From: an uncultured Rivularia sp.
Lineage (GTDB): Bacteria > Cyanobacteriota > Cyanobacteriia > Cyanobacteriales > Nostocaceae
Assembly: GCA_963665115.1 (NCBI GenBank)
Contig: OY762007.1
Span: 6,304,001-6,368,000 of the forward strand
Reading direction: 5' to 3'
Length of the DNA: 64,000 nucleotides
Shown: piece by piece, positions 9,302 to 19,984 of the stretch
Layout of the letters: every line of letters starts with the position of its first letter
How positions within the stretch are numbered: the stretch's first letter is position 1
The notes under the pieces: model-generated
Database searches by the model: none
What the model saw: the letters and a program-made list of their open reading frames with translations, nothing else
What the model was told of the DNA's origin: nothing
Translations under genes and position numbers: made by a program

Positions 9302-10796
9302 TTAAAGGGGGGCTATAAATCCTGCTTGTTGTAATTCTTTTGCACTGTCTTTGAATGCTTGAATAATATTGTTAATATCTTCTTCGGTATGGGCTGTGGA
9401 AAGAAATCCGCCTTTGTCACCTTGTCGCAAATGAATTCCTTTCATGAGTAAATGAAATGACATTAAATTTGTCGCTATTGGGGAAATATTACTCTGGGAA
9501 TTATCTGCTGCAAAGAAGGAACCAAAGTGAGTATAAGTAAGAGGAATTCCTTCTTTTGTAAAGTAATTATTTAATTCTTTTACTAATTCAGATGTTCGCT
9601 TATTTAGCTTTTCCTGTAGCCCTACTCCTTCTGCTTTCAAATGCTCAAGTACGGCTTTTGATGCTGCTAAGGCTAATGGGTGTTTACAAAAAGTACCTGC
9701 AAAAAAGGTTGTTTTAGTTTGGGGAGCAGAATCATCACCGTAATTCCAAGTACCACCGTCGATGCTATCCATGTAAACAGCTTTACCCGCAATTACGGAC
9801 ATCGGTAAACCACCACCCACGATCTTGCTGTAGGTAACGATATCGGCATCAATATCAAACCAAGCTTGGGAACCACCCTGATGAATTCTAAATCCTGTCA
9901 CCATTTCATCAAAGATTAAGGCAATTCCAGCTTTTGAAGTTACACTTCGTAATTGCTGTAAAAATTCTCTGGGTTGTAATTGGGGACAGCGACTTTGTAC
10001 GGGTTTCCACTAATACCGCTGCTAACTGGTTTTTATTTGCTTCAATTACTTTTAATGACTGGGGATTTCCATAATCAAGCACCAACACGTTTTTTGCTAT
10101 ATCCTTGGGAATACCCGGTGCAGCAGGAACTCCTTTCGGACTAACGCTGTTTTTCAAACTTGATTGTATCGGACGCAATAAACCAGATATTAAACTACCA
10201 CTGGCGATTTTTCCTTCTAGTTTACGACTTGCAGCTTGTTTGGCATACTGGGCAATTGTCGCTCTAATTAAGGTACTATCCGAGTGTCCGTGATAAGAAT
10301 TTGTAAAAATAGCGATTTTATTGCGATTTGTTACGGTTCTAGCCATGCGAATCGCTGTCATGATGGCTTCTGTACCCGTATTGCTGAAAGTTGCTCTTTC
10401 TAATCCCGTTAATTCGCAGATGAGTTGAGCCACTTCACCAGCTAACTCGGCTTGGTATCCCATTGAGAAACCTTTATCCAATTGTGTGGCGATCGCCTTT
10501 TTGACAAATTCTGGATTGTGACCGAGTAAATTGATTCCCAAACCCATTAAAATATCGGTATACTCGTTGCCGTCAATATCCCAAAGTTTAGCACCAGCAG
10601 CCTTTTCCACAACAACTGGATAACATACCTCTTTTAATTCTGGAGAAAATCCCAATCCTAAAGAACTTTTATCTGCTAAAACCGGACGATAGGTTTGAGC
10701 ATAATTTTTCGATGCTTGGGTTCGCTTTGTATAGGATGCGATTAATTTTTCTAAATGTTGTGTTTGTAAATCGGTTTTATCTTTGGTTATCGTCAT
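9302..10796 (-). CDS. Class III PLP aminotransferase (GSA-AM/MxcL/NRPS AMT-like), split by a +1 frameshift at 10004-10006
   Basis: LWDIDGNEY, FSNTGTEA, SYHGHSD; corrected junction LVEPVQSR; IFDEMVTGFR and PLP-lysine motif TYSKIVGGGLP. Confidence 0.9.
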
Positions 10797-10854
10797 ATAT
10801 TATTGATAATTAATATTTTTTTAACGCGGAGGAATGAGAGGTTTTTTTGAGCGT

Positions 10855-11709
10855 CTAATTTTTACGACAAATGAAATAAGCCGAATGATTGTCATCTAAT
10901 TGTGTTTTTCCATCGATAGTTTTAATTTGAATTTGGGTAAATCCAATTTCTTCTAATGCTGCTTTGACTTCCTCTGGATAATATCCCCTAACTTCATAGG
11001 TAATGTCTGAACGCTGCCAATTCTCCCACTGTTGAAAGTTAGATAATACTTTAAGACGAAATCGAGTTAATAATTTCAAACTTAATAATTTATACAATAA
11101 CTGCTTCAAACTTCCTTTTCTTCTGACCTTAGTTAGAGTTTGAAAAAGTGTGACTTTAAAATCCCCCATTCTATTTGTAGAGTCATAATTTGGGGTAATA
11201 TACCAAGCAAGTTCATCTTCTATTTCACCTTCTGCAACTTGAGAATTCCACCATTTTTGCATTTGTTCTGCATGGTTTAAATCAAACATAAATAAACCAT
11301 TCGGCTTTAATGCATTGTAAACGCTACTAAAAACAGCCTTTAATTCGTCAATGCTCAAAATATGATTTAGTGAAGCACTACTAGAAACAACTCCATCAAA
11401 ACGTTCTGTAAGTTTAAAAGTGCGAGCATCTCCTAAAATAAATTCTCCCTGTGGTGCATTTTGATGAGCATAATCGAGCATCGCTTCCGAACCGTCTAAA
11501 CCCGTTACTTTGTATCCTCGCTGTAACAATGGCTGCATTAAATGTCCAGTTCCACAGCACAAATCTAGTAAATCTGCGTCTTTAGGTAGATGTGGTAGTA
11601 ACATGATTTCTACAGGCTTAAGTTGCTCCAAGCCATACTGCGGTCCCATTGTATGGTTGTACAGCCAAGCCCAGGTATCGTATTCAGAATAGCGATTGGT
11701 TTTCACCAT
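10855..11709 (-). CDS. Class I SAM-dependent methyltransferase
   Basis: LLDLCCGTG motif I, VTGLDGSEAML, GDAR, LKPNGLFMFD. Confidence 0.9.
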   Translation of the reverse strand: MVKTNRYSEYDTWAWLYNHTMGPQYGLEQLKPVEIMLLPHLPKDADLLDLCCGTGHLMQPLLQRGYKVTGLDGSEAMLDYAHQNAPQGEFILGDARTFKLTERFDGVVSSSASLNHILSIDELKAVFSSVYNALKPNGLFMFDLNHAEQMQKWWNSQVAEGEIEDELAWYITPNYDSTNRMGDFKVTLFQTLTKVRRKGSLKQLLYKLLSLKLLTRFRLKVLSNFQQWENWQRSDITYEVRGYYPEEVKAALEEIGFTQIQIKTIDGKTQLDDNHSAYFICRKN

Positions 11710-11750
11710 AGTATTTATAATGCTTTGTCGGGAGTCAGTTTTACTTATTA

Positions 11751-11769
11751 AAATAAATTCTCAATACAA
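11751..11769. promoter_or_regulatory. Putative Fur (FurA) box upstream of the tailoring operon
   Basis: AAATAAATTCTCAATACAA, about 40 bp upstream of the methyltransferase start; resembles the cyanobacterial FurA consensus as I recall it (AAATAAATTCTCAATAAAT). Confidence 0.6.
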
Positions 11770-11793
11770 TGACTAAATTTTCCTGATGTTCGT

Positions 11794-11806
11794 TATTATT
11801 GCACAG
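11794..11806 (-). promoter_or_regulatory. Copy 2 of shared motif CTGTGCAATAATA
   Basis: TATTATTGCACAG on + strand, just upstream of the Fur-like box. Confidence 0.5.
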
Positions 11807-12112
11807 TAAGTTGTCATAATACAGGTAAATTATATTACGATATTGTGATATTTAATCGGATTGGTTATGTTGAGAACCAGTAAAGATGCCGATTTTACAG
11901 GAGTGCTTTGTTTTGAACTGTAAAAATTTTGCACGAATTAGCGGATAATAACAACATCTGATTACTTTCTCCGCCGATACTTCAAGAATAGCTCTTATCT
12001 GTTGGCTGTTACCTCCAATACATATTTCCAAAATATCCAGAGCTTCACAAAATCTTCATAAAAAACGATTTCGTCAATTGAAATTTTTAGTAATATTTAC
12101 GTAAATCCAACT

Positions 12113-12141
12113 TTAAGAATTATTTGCAACTATTGCAAATA
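12113..12141. promoter_or_regulatory. Possible Fur-like box upstream of the large secreted protein
   Basis: TTAAGAATTATTTGCAACTATTGCAAATA, an AT-rich dyad with TATTTGCAA/TTGCAAATA palindrome. Confidence 0.35.
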
Positions 12142-12256
12142 TACGGCAATCTCAACTTATGATGATTGTGTTCGGTGAGCATTCAATCGGTTTTTTTTGT
12201 CAAGATAATAACTTATTTTCGCTTGCGTATTAAATCAAATGCGCTGGCTCGGTTTT

Positions 12257-12426
12257 GGGCGTTGCTGGATTGAAAGGCGGGATTTATTTTTCTCATATTT
12301 AGTAGCCTCCTAAATCCCCTGCCCCCGTGACCCCCCAATTCTGGGGGTACTGGGGGACTTTAAATTATTTTTTTCCCCCAGAATTGGGGGTTGGGGGGCA
12401 AATCATATTTTTAATTAGCAACGCCC
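12257..12426. mobile_element. MITE, 170 bp, 10-bp TIRs and 6-bp target duplication
   Basis: GGGCGTTGCT (12257-12266) and AGCAACGCCC (12417-12426), flanked by GGTTTT at 12251-12256 and 12427-12432; internal CCCCAATTCTGGGG/CCCCAGAATTGGGG pair. Confidence 0.75.
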
Positions 12427-12471
12427 GGTTTTGCATGGAAAAGATGATATTCACATAACGGAAAATTAACA

Positions 12472-15400
12472 ATGGTACAAGTCAGGCTTACTACCGAGAC
12501 TAACTATGACGGCGAACTTAACGCGCTGCTTGAAGACCAACAAAGTGCGTTAACTGTTAGCTTCTCGTTGGATGAACCAGCTCCCTCTGGAGGTTTGAAG
12601 GTTTATGTAGATAGCGATGTCGAGCAAATTGTCAACCGTTTGAATTTACCGGGATTTGGGGCTAATCCAATCGTGGAAAATATCAACCCGTCGTTGCTTG
12701 GGACTAATTTTGACAATTCTGGCTTTTTCCTCACTATTGATGAAGGGGCTACGAATGCAAGCTTTACGATTGATGTGTTTGATAATTCTGAACCCGATAC
12801 GTTTTTACCAGAAACTTTTGATGGTTTGGTAGAAGCGGTGTTTGAGCTAAAAACTCAAGAACAGGTGGATGCTCAAGATTTGGGGGATGTAGGCAATCTC
12901 AGCGATTATACAATTAACAGTAATGCAGCAACAAGTAGTGTATTATTTGCTGATGAGGAAAGCCAGCTTACCGAGCAGTCAGAGCCGCCGACAACGCTCC
13001 CGTCACCCGAACCCGGTACGTTGCAGCTGAGCCTTTTTGGAGGACCTAGTTACCTGGTTGAAGCTGAGGGAACGGTATCGGCTCATGCTTTTCTGGCTAC
13101 CAATGGGGTGCTTCCCGAAGGTGGGCTAAAAGTTTCGGTAAATGCGCCCAGTTTAAGCGAGTTTGACTTGGCAGGGGTTTCGGTTGAAGGTGGCGAGATT
13201 GCAGCGGTGCGCGACGGTGGTTTTGACCTGCTGATGACGGAGTACACGACGCTGGTGAATTTGCCGATTGCGGATGATGGGGAAACTGAAGCTGGGGAAA
13301 CAGCTAGTTTTAGTTTGGCTGCGGGTGATGGGTATGAAATCAATGAGAACTACAGTAGCAATACGTTTAATCTGGTGGATACGGAGGCGGATATTCCCCA
13401 AGGTGCAATCAGCGAACCTAACGATATTATTACTGAAGCAGTAGATACTCAAATTAGCCTTGAGAATCCTTCGTTTTCTGGCAGTGCGGATATCTACTTT
13501 GATCCCGGCAACCGCTACCGCAATCCAGACGGCACTTATACTTACATCGATTACAGTGAAGACGTTGACCTTTATAAAGTATCGTTAAGTGCAGGCGATA
13601 CTATTGCCATTGAAACCTTTGAAGGTGAAGGAAACCCGAATGGATGGGAGCGTGGTGTCGAACTTGCATCGCAAATATTTGATGCCCAAGGAAATGCGGT
13701 TCAAGATTATTCTGTCTCTGGATTTCGTCTCGATCCTGCTGCACCAGATAAGCTGTTTGGTGGTTTAGATTATCTCGATGAAAATAATACCGATACTTAC
13801 CAAGAATTTACTGCACCCGAAGACGGTGATTACTACGTCGCTTTCGGTTCGTTTTACAACGTAGCAAGATTTTACGCTGAAGCGAATGATTTAAGCCCTT
13901 ATGACCCTTTTGCACCAGGTTCGGGGGATGGTAATCGGGCAATGTTCGGCAACTACGGCATCGAAATCGATTTGCTGACGGAAAACAATCCGCGTCAAAC
14001 AGGTACTCCAACACCACCTGTAAGCAATCCTAATGTTACCAATCCGCCTACGCTGACCTTGACGGCTAACCCCTTTAATATAGATAGCGAAGGTAATCTC
14101 ACTAATGCGGTAGTAGAACGCGCTGAAGTTGATAGCATTTCTGGTGTTAACTTTACGATTGAAGCCGAAGGTGAAATACCTGAAGGTGGGATTGAATTGG
14201 TTCTCAATAGCGATGCTAATCTGTTTGATTACGTTTCACTCTATTCGCAGAATGACCTTCCTGTTACCTTTGGAGGACAGTCATTAGGTGCGTTTTACAA
14301 CGAAGAAGGTATTCCGACGGGAATTCGGCTACTTATTGAAGAACCTACGATGACCGTTAGCCTCGAAACTGCTGATAACCGCTTTTGGTTTCCAGAACTC
14401 TTTGGCAATATTATCGATGTATACGAGCCTTTAGAGACAGATGGCGCAGAAAACGTTAGCTTTTTCCTGCAACCAGGAGAAGAGGGCTATGAGATTGCTT
14501 CTGATAATGAAGCAGAAGTAACATACTACGATTCTTTAGAAGATGTCCCCGCGTCTACTGGTGGTAGCAGTGACATTGTTCCTGAAGTTGGCGTGACGGC
14601 TAGCGAGACACAACTGACTGAAACAGAAGAAACCGAAACTACGATTACCTTTACATTATCAGAAGCCCCACCCCCTGAAGGCATAGTAGTGTATATAGAT
14701 AGCGAAGACGACACGCTAGTTGGTAGCCCCCTCAGTCAGTTTGCTGTTTTAGAAGCTGAGATTAGTGGTGGCAATTTCCCGGTTCCAAATGCAGATTCCT
14801 CTGGCTTTTACTTCACCATTACCGAACAGACGGCTACCATAACATTTTCTGCTTTTGATGAGCTATCACTCGGTTTAAATCTTCCTCCAGAAACTTTCCA
14901 AGAAGGGATTGTAAATCTAAGCTTTTCTCTTCAACCACAAGCAGGCTACACTATTGACGGTAATGCTAGCGAAATAAACTTCACTATTGCCGATAATCCA
15001 GACTCGCAGATTCAGGTCGGTCTTGCTGGTGGTATTCAAACGAATGAAGAAGAGGTAGATGAATCAAGCACCACTTTAATCGAGTCAGAAAATACGGTTA
15101 GCGTTCACACCTTTAACCTCAGTGCGCCACCATCAGAAGAAGGCTTAACTGTTAGCGTTGGTGCAGATTCACTTGATGATTTTGACTTAGATGCTGTTGA
15201 AGTAACGGGAGGCAAGATTGCTGCTGTACGGGATGATGGTTTTGATTTGAACATTACCGAACAGGAAGCAACTATCGCCTTACCTGTCCTTGGTGACGGC
15301 ACTAATGAGGGCATCGAAACTGCAACCTTTACTTTAGAACCAGGTGACACCTACGAAATCAACCAGGCAGCAACTCAAGCTACTTTTACACTTGTTGAAA

Positions 15401-16453
15401 CCTTAGACCAAGTTAGTGTGGCAGAAGAAGTTGAACTTAACGACACGCTAGCTGAAGCGAATGCGTTAGGTTTGAGCTTGGATAACCCTTCTGTTTCTCT
15501 TAATGGCTCTATCAATAGAAACGGAAACACTGTTGATTATCCCGAAGATGTCGATTTATACTCATTCAATCTTGATGCTGGACAAACCGTCAGTTTGAAC
15601 ATTGACACAGAAGAAGTGCTTCCTGAAACGCTTGAATTTAGACCAATAGTATTTCCAGCGTTGGAAGAAACACTTCAAAAGCCAGATACAGAACTGCGCT
15701 TGTTTGATGCAGAAGGTAACGAACTCGCTGCGAATACTGATGGTGCAGCTCCCGATGAAGACTTCTCCCGCGACCCCCTATCTTGAGTTTACTGCCGAAA
15801 CAGCAGGGACTTACTACGTAGGCGTAAGCCAACTAGGCAACCGTAACTACGACCCCAACGTCATCAGAAGCGGTAGCGGTTGGACGTTCCCAGAGGTGGG
15901 CGTTTACTTTGGTCCTTACGATTTAACTGTCTCTTTAGAAGATGGTACTAACAACCCAGCGGAACCTACCGAACCCGTATTCGGCTCCTTAGAAGCAGAT
16001 ATTATCGAAGTCACCGGAACCAGTCAACTAATTTTCGGTGGTGATTCCGACGATTTAATCGACGCTTCTATTGGTAGCACGGGGAGCAACCGTATTTACG
16101 CTGGTAGCGGTGACGATACTGCAATCCTGGGAATGTCCGATAGAATTGTCGGTGGTGAAGGCGCTGATAAATTCTTCGCAACTTCTGGCGGTGATAATAT
16201 TCTTACCGGGGGTGCGGGTGCAGATCAATTCTGGATTGCCACAGCCGAAACTCCCGATGCAGCGAATATCATAACCGACTTTACCAGTGGCGAAGATGTC
16301 CTTGGTATTGCTGGCTTAGGAATCGGCTTTGATGATTTGAGTATTACCCAGCAGGATGATAACACTTTGATTGCTACGAATAATTCTGATTTAGCTATTT
16401 TGCAGGGTATTGCTGCCGATAGCTTGATTGTAGATAACTTTGCGTTTGGTTAA
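12472..16453 (+). CDS. Large acidic secreted protein (Calx-beta/Ig-like repeats, pre-peptidase C-terminal-like domains, RTX-like Ca-binding C-terminus); +1 frameshift at 15774-15778
   Basis: Very D/E-rich; EDVDLY...GDYYV and DVDLYSFNL...DTELRLFD...DPYLEFTAETAGTYYVGVS (PPC-like); GGxGxD nonapeptides; no Sec signal, consistent with type I secretion. Confidence 0.8.
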
Positions 16454-16841
16454 GGAATAGTGAGGAGTGAGGAATTGGGAGTGAGGAATTAAAATTTCTA
16501 CCCCCTCTTCCCACTCTTCCCCTTCTACCCCCTCTCCCATCATTACCCAATCCCATCCAACCAAGTTTGTAAATCAATAGCTCAAACAATAAAGCCGGGT
16601 ATTGTTGAAAAAGTTAAGCCACTGCGTTGGCGAGGTTCCCTCGCTTAAAGCAAGTGGCGTTTAAAAGATTGAATCTCGACGCATGGAAATCAGTTATCAG
16701 TTATCAATTATCAATTAGGAGTTATGAGTGAGGAGTTAGAAGTTATTTATTCTTCCCCTTGTCTCCTTGTCTCCTTGTCTCCCTATCTTCCCATGCCCAA
16801 TTCCCAATTACCTATTACCAATTACCCATTACCATCCCCAA

Positions 16842-19800
16842 TCATTTCATCAAATAAGAAATATAAGTAGATAACAATTTTGCATCTATCGCCGGACAGA
16901 TAATCGATGTATCGGCAAGTCCACTGAAAGTATTATGAGCATCAAACTGTAAAGGCTTTGACTCGGTTGTACTATTGCTGGAATTGGCAGAAAATAAAGA
17001 AGCAATAGCATACAAAGGATGATTGGGAGAGTTTTTAATAATTTTCAGTAATTTTTCTCGCCATTGTTGGTAAGGAAGTCTTTCGACGGGATAACCCATT
17101 GAATCAAGTTGTTTGAATAATACTTCTACCGAAACTGGTTGGGGATGTACTAAATGGAAAACTTTTCCCCAAGATTCTGACTGTTTTGATAAATGAATTA
17201 TTGCCTGACTTACATAGTCTACTGGCATGATATCCAACATCATATTGCCAATTGGGGCGCTTCCTAGCTGCACGCAACCCTGAATCATTTTGTAGAGAAA
17301 ATCGTTTCTGTTAAAAACTCCGGTTTGGCTGTCTCCGCTGACTGCTCCGACACGATATATTGAAACTGGAAGATTTCTTTGACGGGCGATCGCCATTAAT
17401 TTTTCTGCTACCCATTTACTTTGAGCGTAACCACCAGCAGGGGTACGGTTTACGTCAAGGGGTTCGTTTTCGTGAATAATTTGGTTTGTACCAGCAAATA
17501 CGCTGATGGTTGAAATAAAGTGTACGGGTTTGACTTTGTTTTTACAAGCTAATCGCAAAACTTCTTGAGTTCCCAATACGTTAGTCGCTTTTAGTAATGA
17601 GTAGGGGGAGGTATGATGAACCCATGCACCGTTATGGTAAATAGTGTCAATTTCAGTAGAAAGTTGTTGAAACTGGCTTTGAGAAAGTCCTAATAATGGT
17701 TGAGATAAATCTCCGACAATAGGAATAATCCGGTTGCTAAATGATTCTTGCCATTGTTGGTAAAGATTATAGGATTTTGATACCTTTTTAATTTTATCTC
17801 TTGCCAATTCAGTATTTTTAGCTCGGATAAGACAGTGAATTTTAGCTTTAGTTGCTTGTAAAAGTTCGTGGAGAAGAAAAGCACCAACGAAACCCGTTGC
17901 TCCTGTAAGAAGAATGTTATCTAGAATAACTTGAGAAGGTATTGCATTTTCAGGTTGAATTGTTTCATCTAAAACAGCTTCCGCTTCTAAATCGAGTTTG
18001 CTATGATTAGCTCTCTCGTGCAAATATTGCACAATTTCTGGTTTACGCTGTTTTATCTCAGTTTTAATTTCGGCAGTTAAGCCACCTTTGGGAGCATTAC
18101 ACTTAAGTTTTGGTTCTCCTAAAGTATCTTGATTGTCTTCTACCCAGAGTTTGATATCTTTATTAGAAAGCTCTTTAAGAAACTCGTTAATTGACTTAGT
18201 TTCTTTCTGTACCGATACACTTGAATTTACTTGATTATTATAACTCCTCGTTCGCTTTATTTCTTTGCGTCCTTTGTGTCCTCTGCGGTTAGTTTCTCCT
18301 AAAATAATTTCCTTACAACCATACAAGCGCTCGCTGTAAATACCATCTTGCTTGCATTGCTCAACTAACTTATTAGACTCAAGAATCGGACGAGAATCAT
18401 CTGTATAATTAATTGATGTAATATAAGTCAACCAAGGCTCTTGTCCCATCGCATAAACATAAACCTGTTGCGGATGAAATTGATTGACTAAATTAAAGGC
18501 TTTTTGAGCATCAGAACCATCTAATCTTCGCGTCTGCGCCATTTTTCTAGGAACAGATTGCGTCAACAAAGAACCATAAGCCCATGTATAAGGAGCGCCA
18601 TCGCATTCCATACCAATAAACATGACATCTAAATCGCCCAAAAGACTATGTAAATTGCTATATAAAGCAGGTTCTATATTATTAGAATCAGCCGCACATA
18701 ATATTTTTCTACCTTTAATATTGAACCAATAAGCAGCTTTTGTAGCAATATTTAAGTCGCCATGTTCGCCAAGTACGGGCAATGCTATGATAAATCCGTC
18801 TTTTATTTCTATAGTCTCTAAATCATCAATTTCTTTGACATTATTAAAGCCAATTGCTGATAAAATTAACTTCAAAGAAGGGTCAATCAAAGCACCTTTA
18901 TTACCCTTCGGTACTACAACATTACGGATTTTATGCCGTAACTGTAGCAAAGTTTCCAACATTACATGGTCTTGGTGATTATGAGTAATTACAGCATAGT
19001 CAATTACTTCCGGTAAATCCGCATAGGTATAGCGAGGAATTCCAGCACGATGTTGATAACTAATTAGCGGGTCGCATAGTATAGTAGTATCTTGAGTTTC
19101 TATCAAAACACAAGCATGACCGAAGTAACGAACCCTAACATCATCACCTTGATAATTATTTGATTCAGGAGGTTTTTCGGTTGTAAATAAAGAAGAAAAT
19201 ACAGCTTCTTGATGATTTTTTATATCGAAAATTTCTTTGATTTCATGATAAGAATCTCCTTGATAACGCATCCGAAACAATCTATCCCAAGCAGGATGAT
19301 TAAATTTAAAATTGAGATGCAGCGTATGATTATCTGGTAAACGAGGGGTACTTAAAACAAAAGAGCGAGAATCTTCATCGGTCAGAGATAAAGCAATAGA
19401 TTGACAAGCAGTTTGATAATTTGAATTACGATATAAAAGACCTTCAATCAAACGAATTGCGGGATGATTGTTAGCATCATAAACAAGTTCTATATAACCC
19501 TTCAATTCTTCAGGAACTTGTTCGTATAAAGGCTCTAAAGAATATCCAGTTGCTTGCTCGCGTAAAATATTTTCTAAATCGTGAATTGCCGTACTTAACT
19601 TGATTAAATTAGCTTGTTCTGCCTTAGTTTTTGCCAATAAATCCTTAATTTCACCAACTTTATCAACATCATAATTAATAAAAGGTCCTCCCATCATCGC
19701 CGGATTTTGCAAAGCTGATTTATGCACTTGCGGAGCTTCGATAAAAGACTCCATAATTTTGATATGGGAATGTGTGATGTACATTGCCGCAGTTGCAGGT

Positions 19801-19907
19801 GGTACAAGGTATGACCAAGCATACCACTGGTTAATTAAAGGTTCGGCGATCGCGTTTGGTTTTAGATAAACTATATTATTGGGCATGGGGCATGGGGCAT
19901 TGGGCAT
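16842..19907 (-). CDS. Fusion protein: CmlA-like diiron beta-hydroxylase (MBL fold) + TubC_N domain + NRPS thioester reductase (R), no carrier domain
   Basis: EPLINQWYAWSYLVPPATAAM, THNHQDH, GEHGDL, AADS, IGME; INEFLKELSNKDIKLWVE...KCNAPKG...KQRKPEIVQYL; ILLTGATGFVG and GYAQSKWVAE. The true start may be the second Met (~19886). Confidence 0.85.
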   Translation of the reverse strand: MPNAPCPMPNNIVYLKPNAIAEPLINQWYAWSYLVPPATAAMYITHSHIKIMESFIEAPQVHKSALQNPAMMGGPFINYDVDKVGEIKDLLAKTKAEQANLIKLSTAIHDLENILREQATGYSLEPLYEQVPEELKGYIELVYDANNHPAIRLIEGLLYRNSNYQTACQSIALSLTDEDSRSFVLSTPRLPDNHTLHLNFKFNHPAWDRLFRMRYQGDSYHEIKEIFDIKNHQEAVFSSLFTTEKPPESNNYQGDDVRVRYFGHACVLIETQDTTILCDPLISYQHRAGIPRYTYADLPEVIDYAVITHNHQDHVMLETLLQLRHKIRNVVVPKGNKGALIDPSLKLILSAIGFNNVKEIDDLETIEIKDGFIIALPVLGEHGDLNIATKAAYWFNIKGRKILCAADSNNIEPALYSNLHSLLGDLDVMFIGMECDGAPYTWAYGSLLTQSVPRKMAQTRRLDGSDAQKAFNLVNQFHPQQVYVYAMGQEPWLTYITSINYTDDSRPILESNKLVEQCKQDGIYSERLYGCKEIILGETNRRGHKGRKEIKRTRSYNNQVNSSVSVQKETKSINEFLKELSNKDIKLWVEDNQDTLGEPKLKCNAPKGGLTAEIKTEIKQRKPEIVQYLHERANHSKLDLEAEAVLDETIQPENAIPSQVILDNILLTGATGFVGAFLLHELLQATKAKIHCLIRAKNTELARDKIKKVSKSYNLYQQWQESFSNRIIPIVGDLSQPLLGLSQSQFQQLSTEIDTIYHNGAWVHHTSPYSLLKATNVLGTQEVLRLACKNKVKPVHFISTISVFAGTNQIIHENEPLDVNRTPAGGYAQSKWVAEKLMAIARQRNLPVSIYRVGAVSGDSQTGVFNRNDFLYKMIQGCVQLGSAPIGNMMLDIMPVDYVSQAIIHLSKQSESWGKVFHLVHPQPVSVEVLFKQLDSMGYPVERLPYQQWREKLLKIIKNSPNHPLYAIASLFSANSSNSTTESKPLQFDAHNTFSGLADTSIICPAIDAKLLSTYISYLMK

Positions 19908-19984
19908 TGTTAACTGATTTTAAATTCCATCTCCTTTCTTTCCTCTCCGCGTTCCTCCGCGAAAACCTCCGCGCTCCTTTGCGT

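Noticed and set aside
9302..10796. hemL (glutamate-1-semialdehyde aminomutase)
   Set aside because: Same fold, but the sequence resembles NRPS/PKS-associated aminotransferases (TTFFAGTFCKHPLA) and it lies in the tailoring operon
13083..15350. Several short minus-strand ORFs
   Set aside because: Antisense to a long, well-supported CDS; no motifs
18700..19150. Metallo-beta-lactamase or nuclease
   Set aside because: The N-terminal extension and Glu ligands (GEH, GME) fit the CmlA diiron hydroxylase family better
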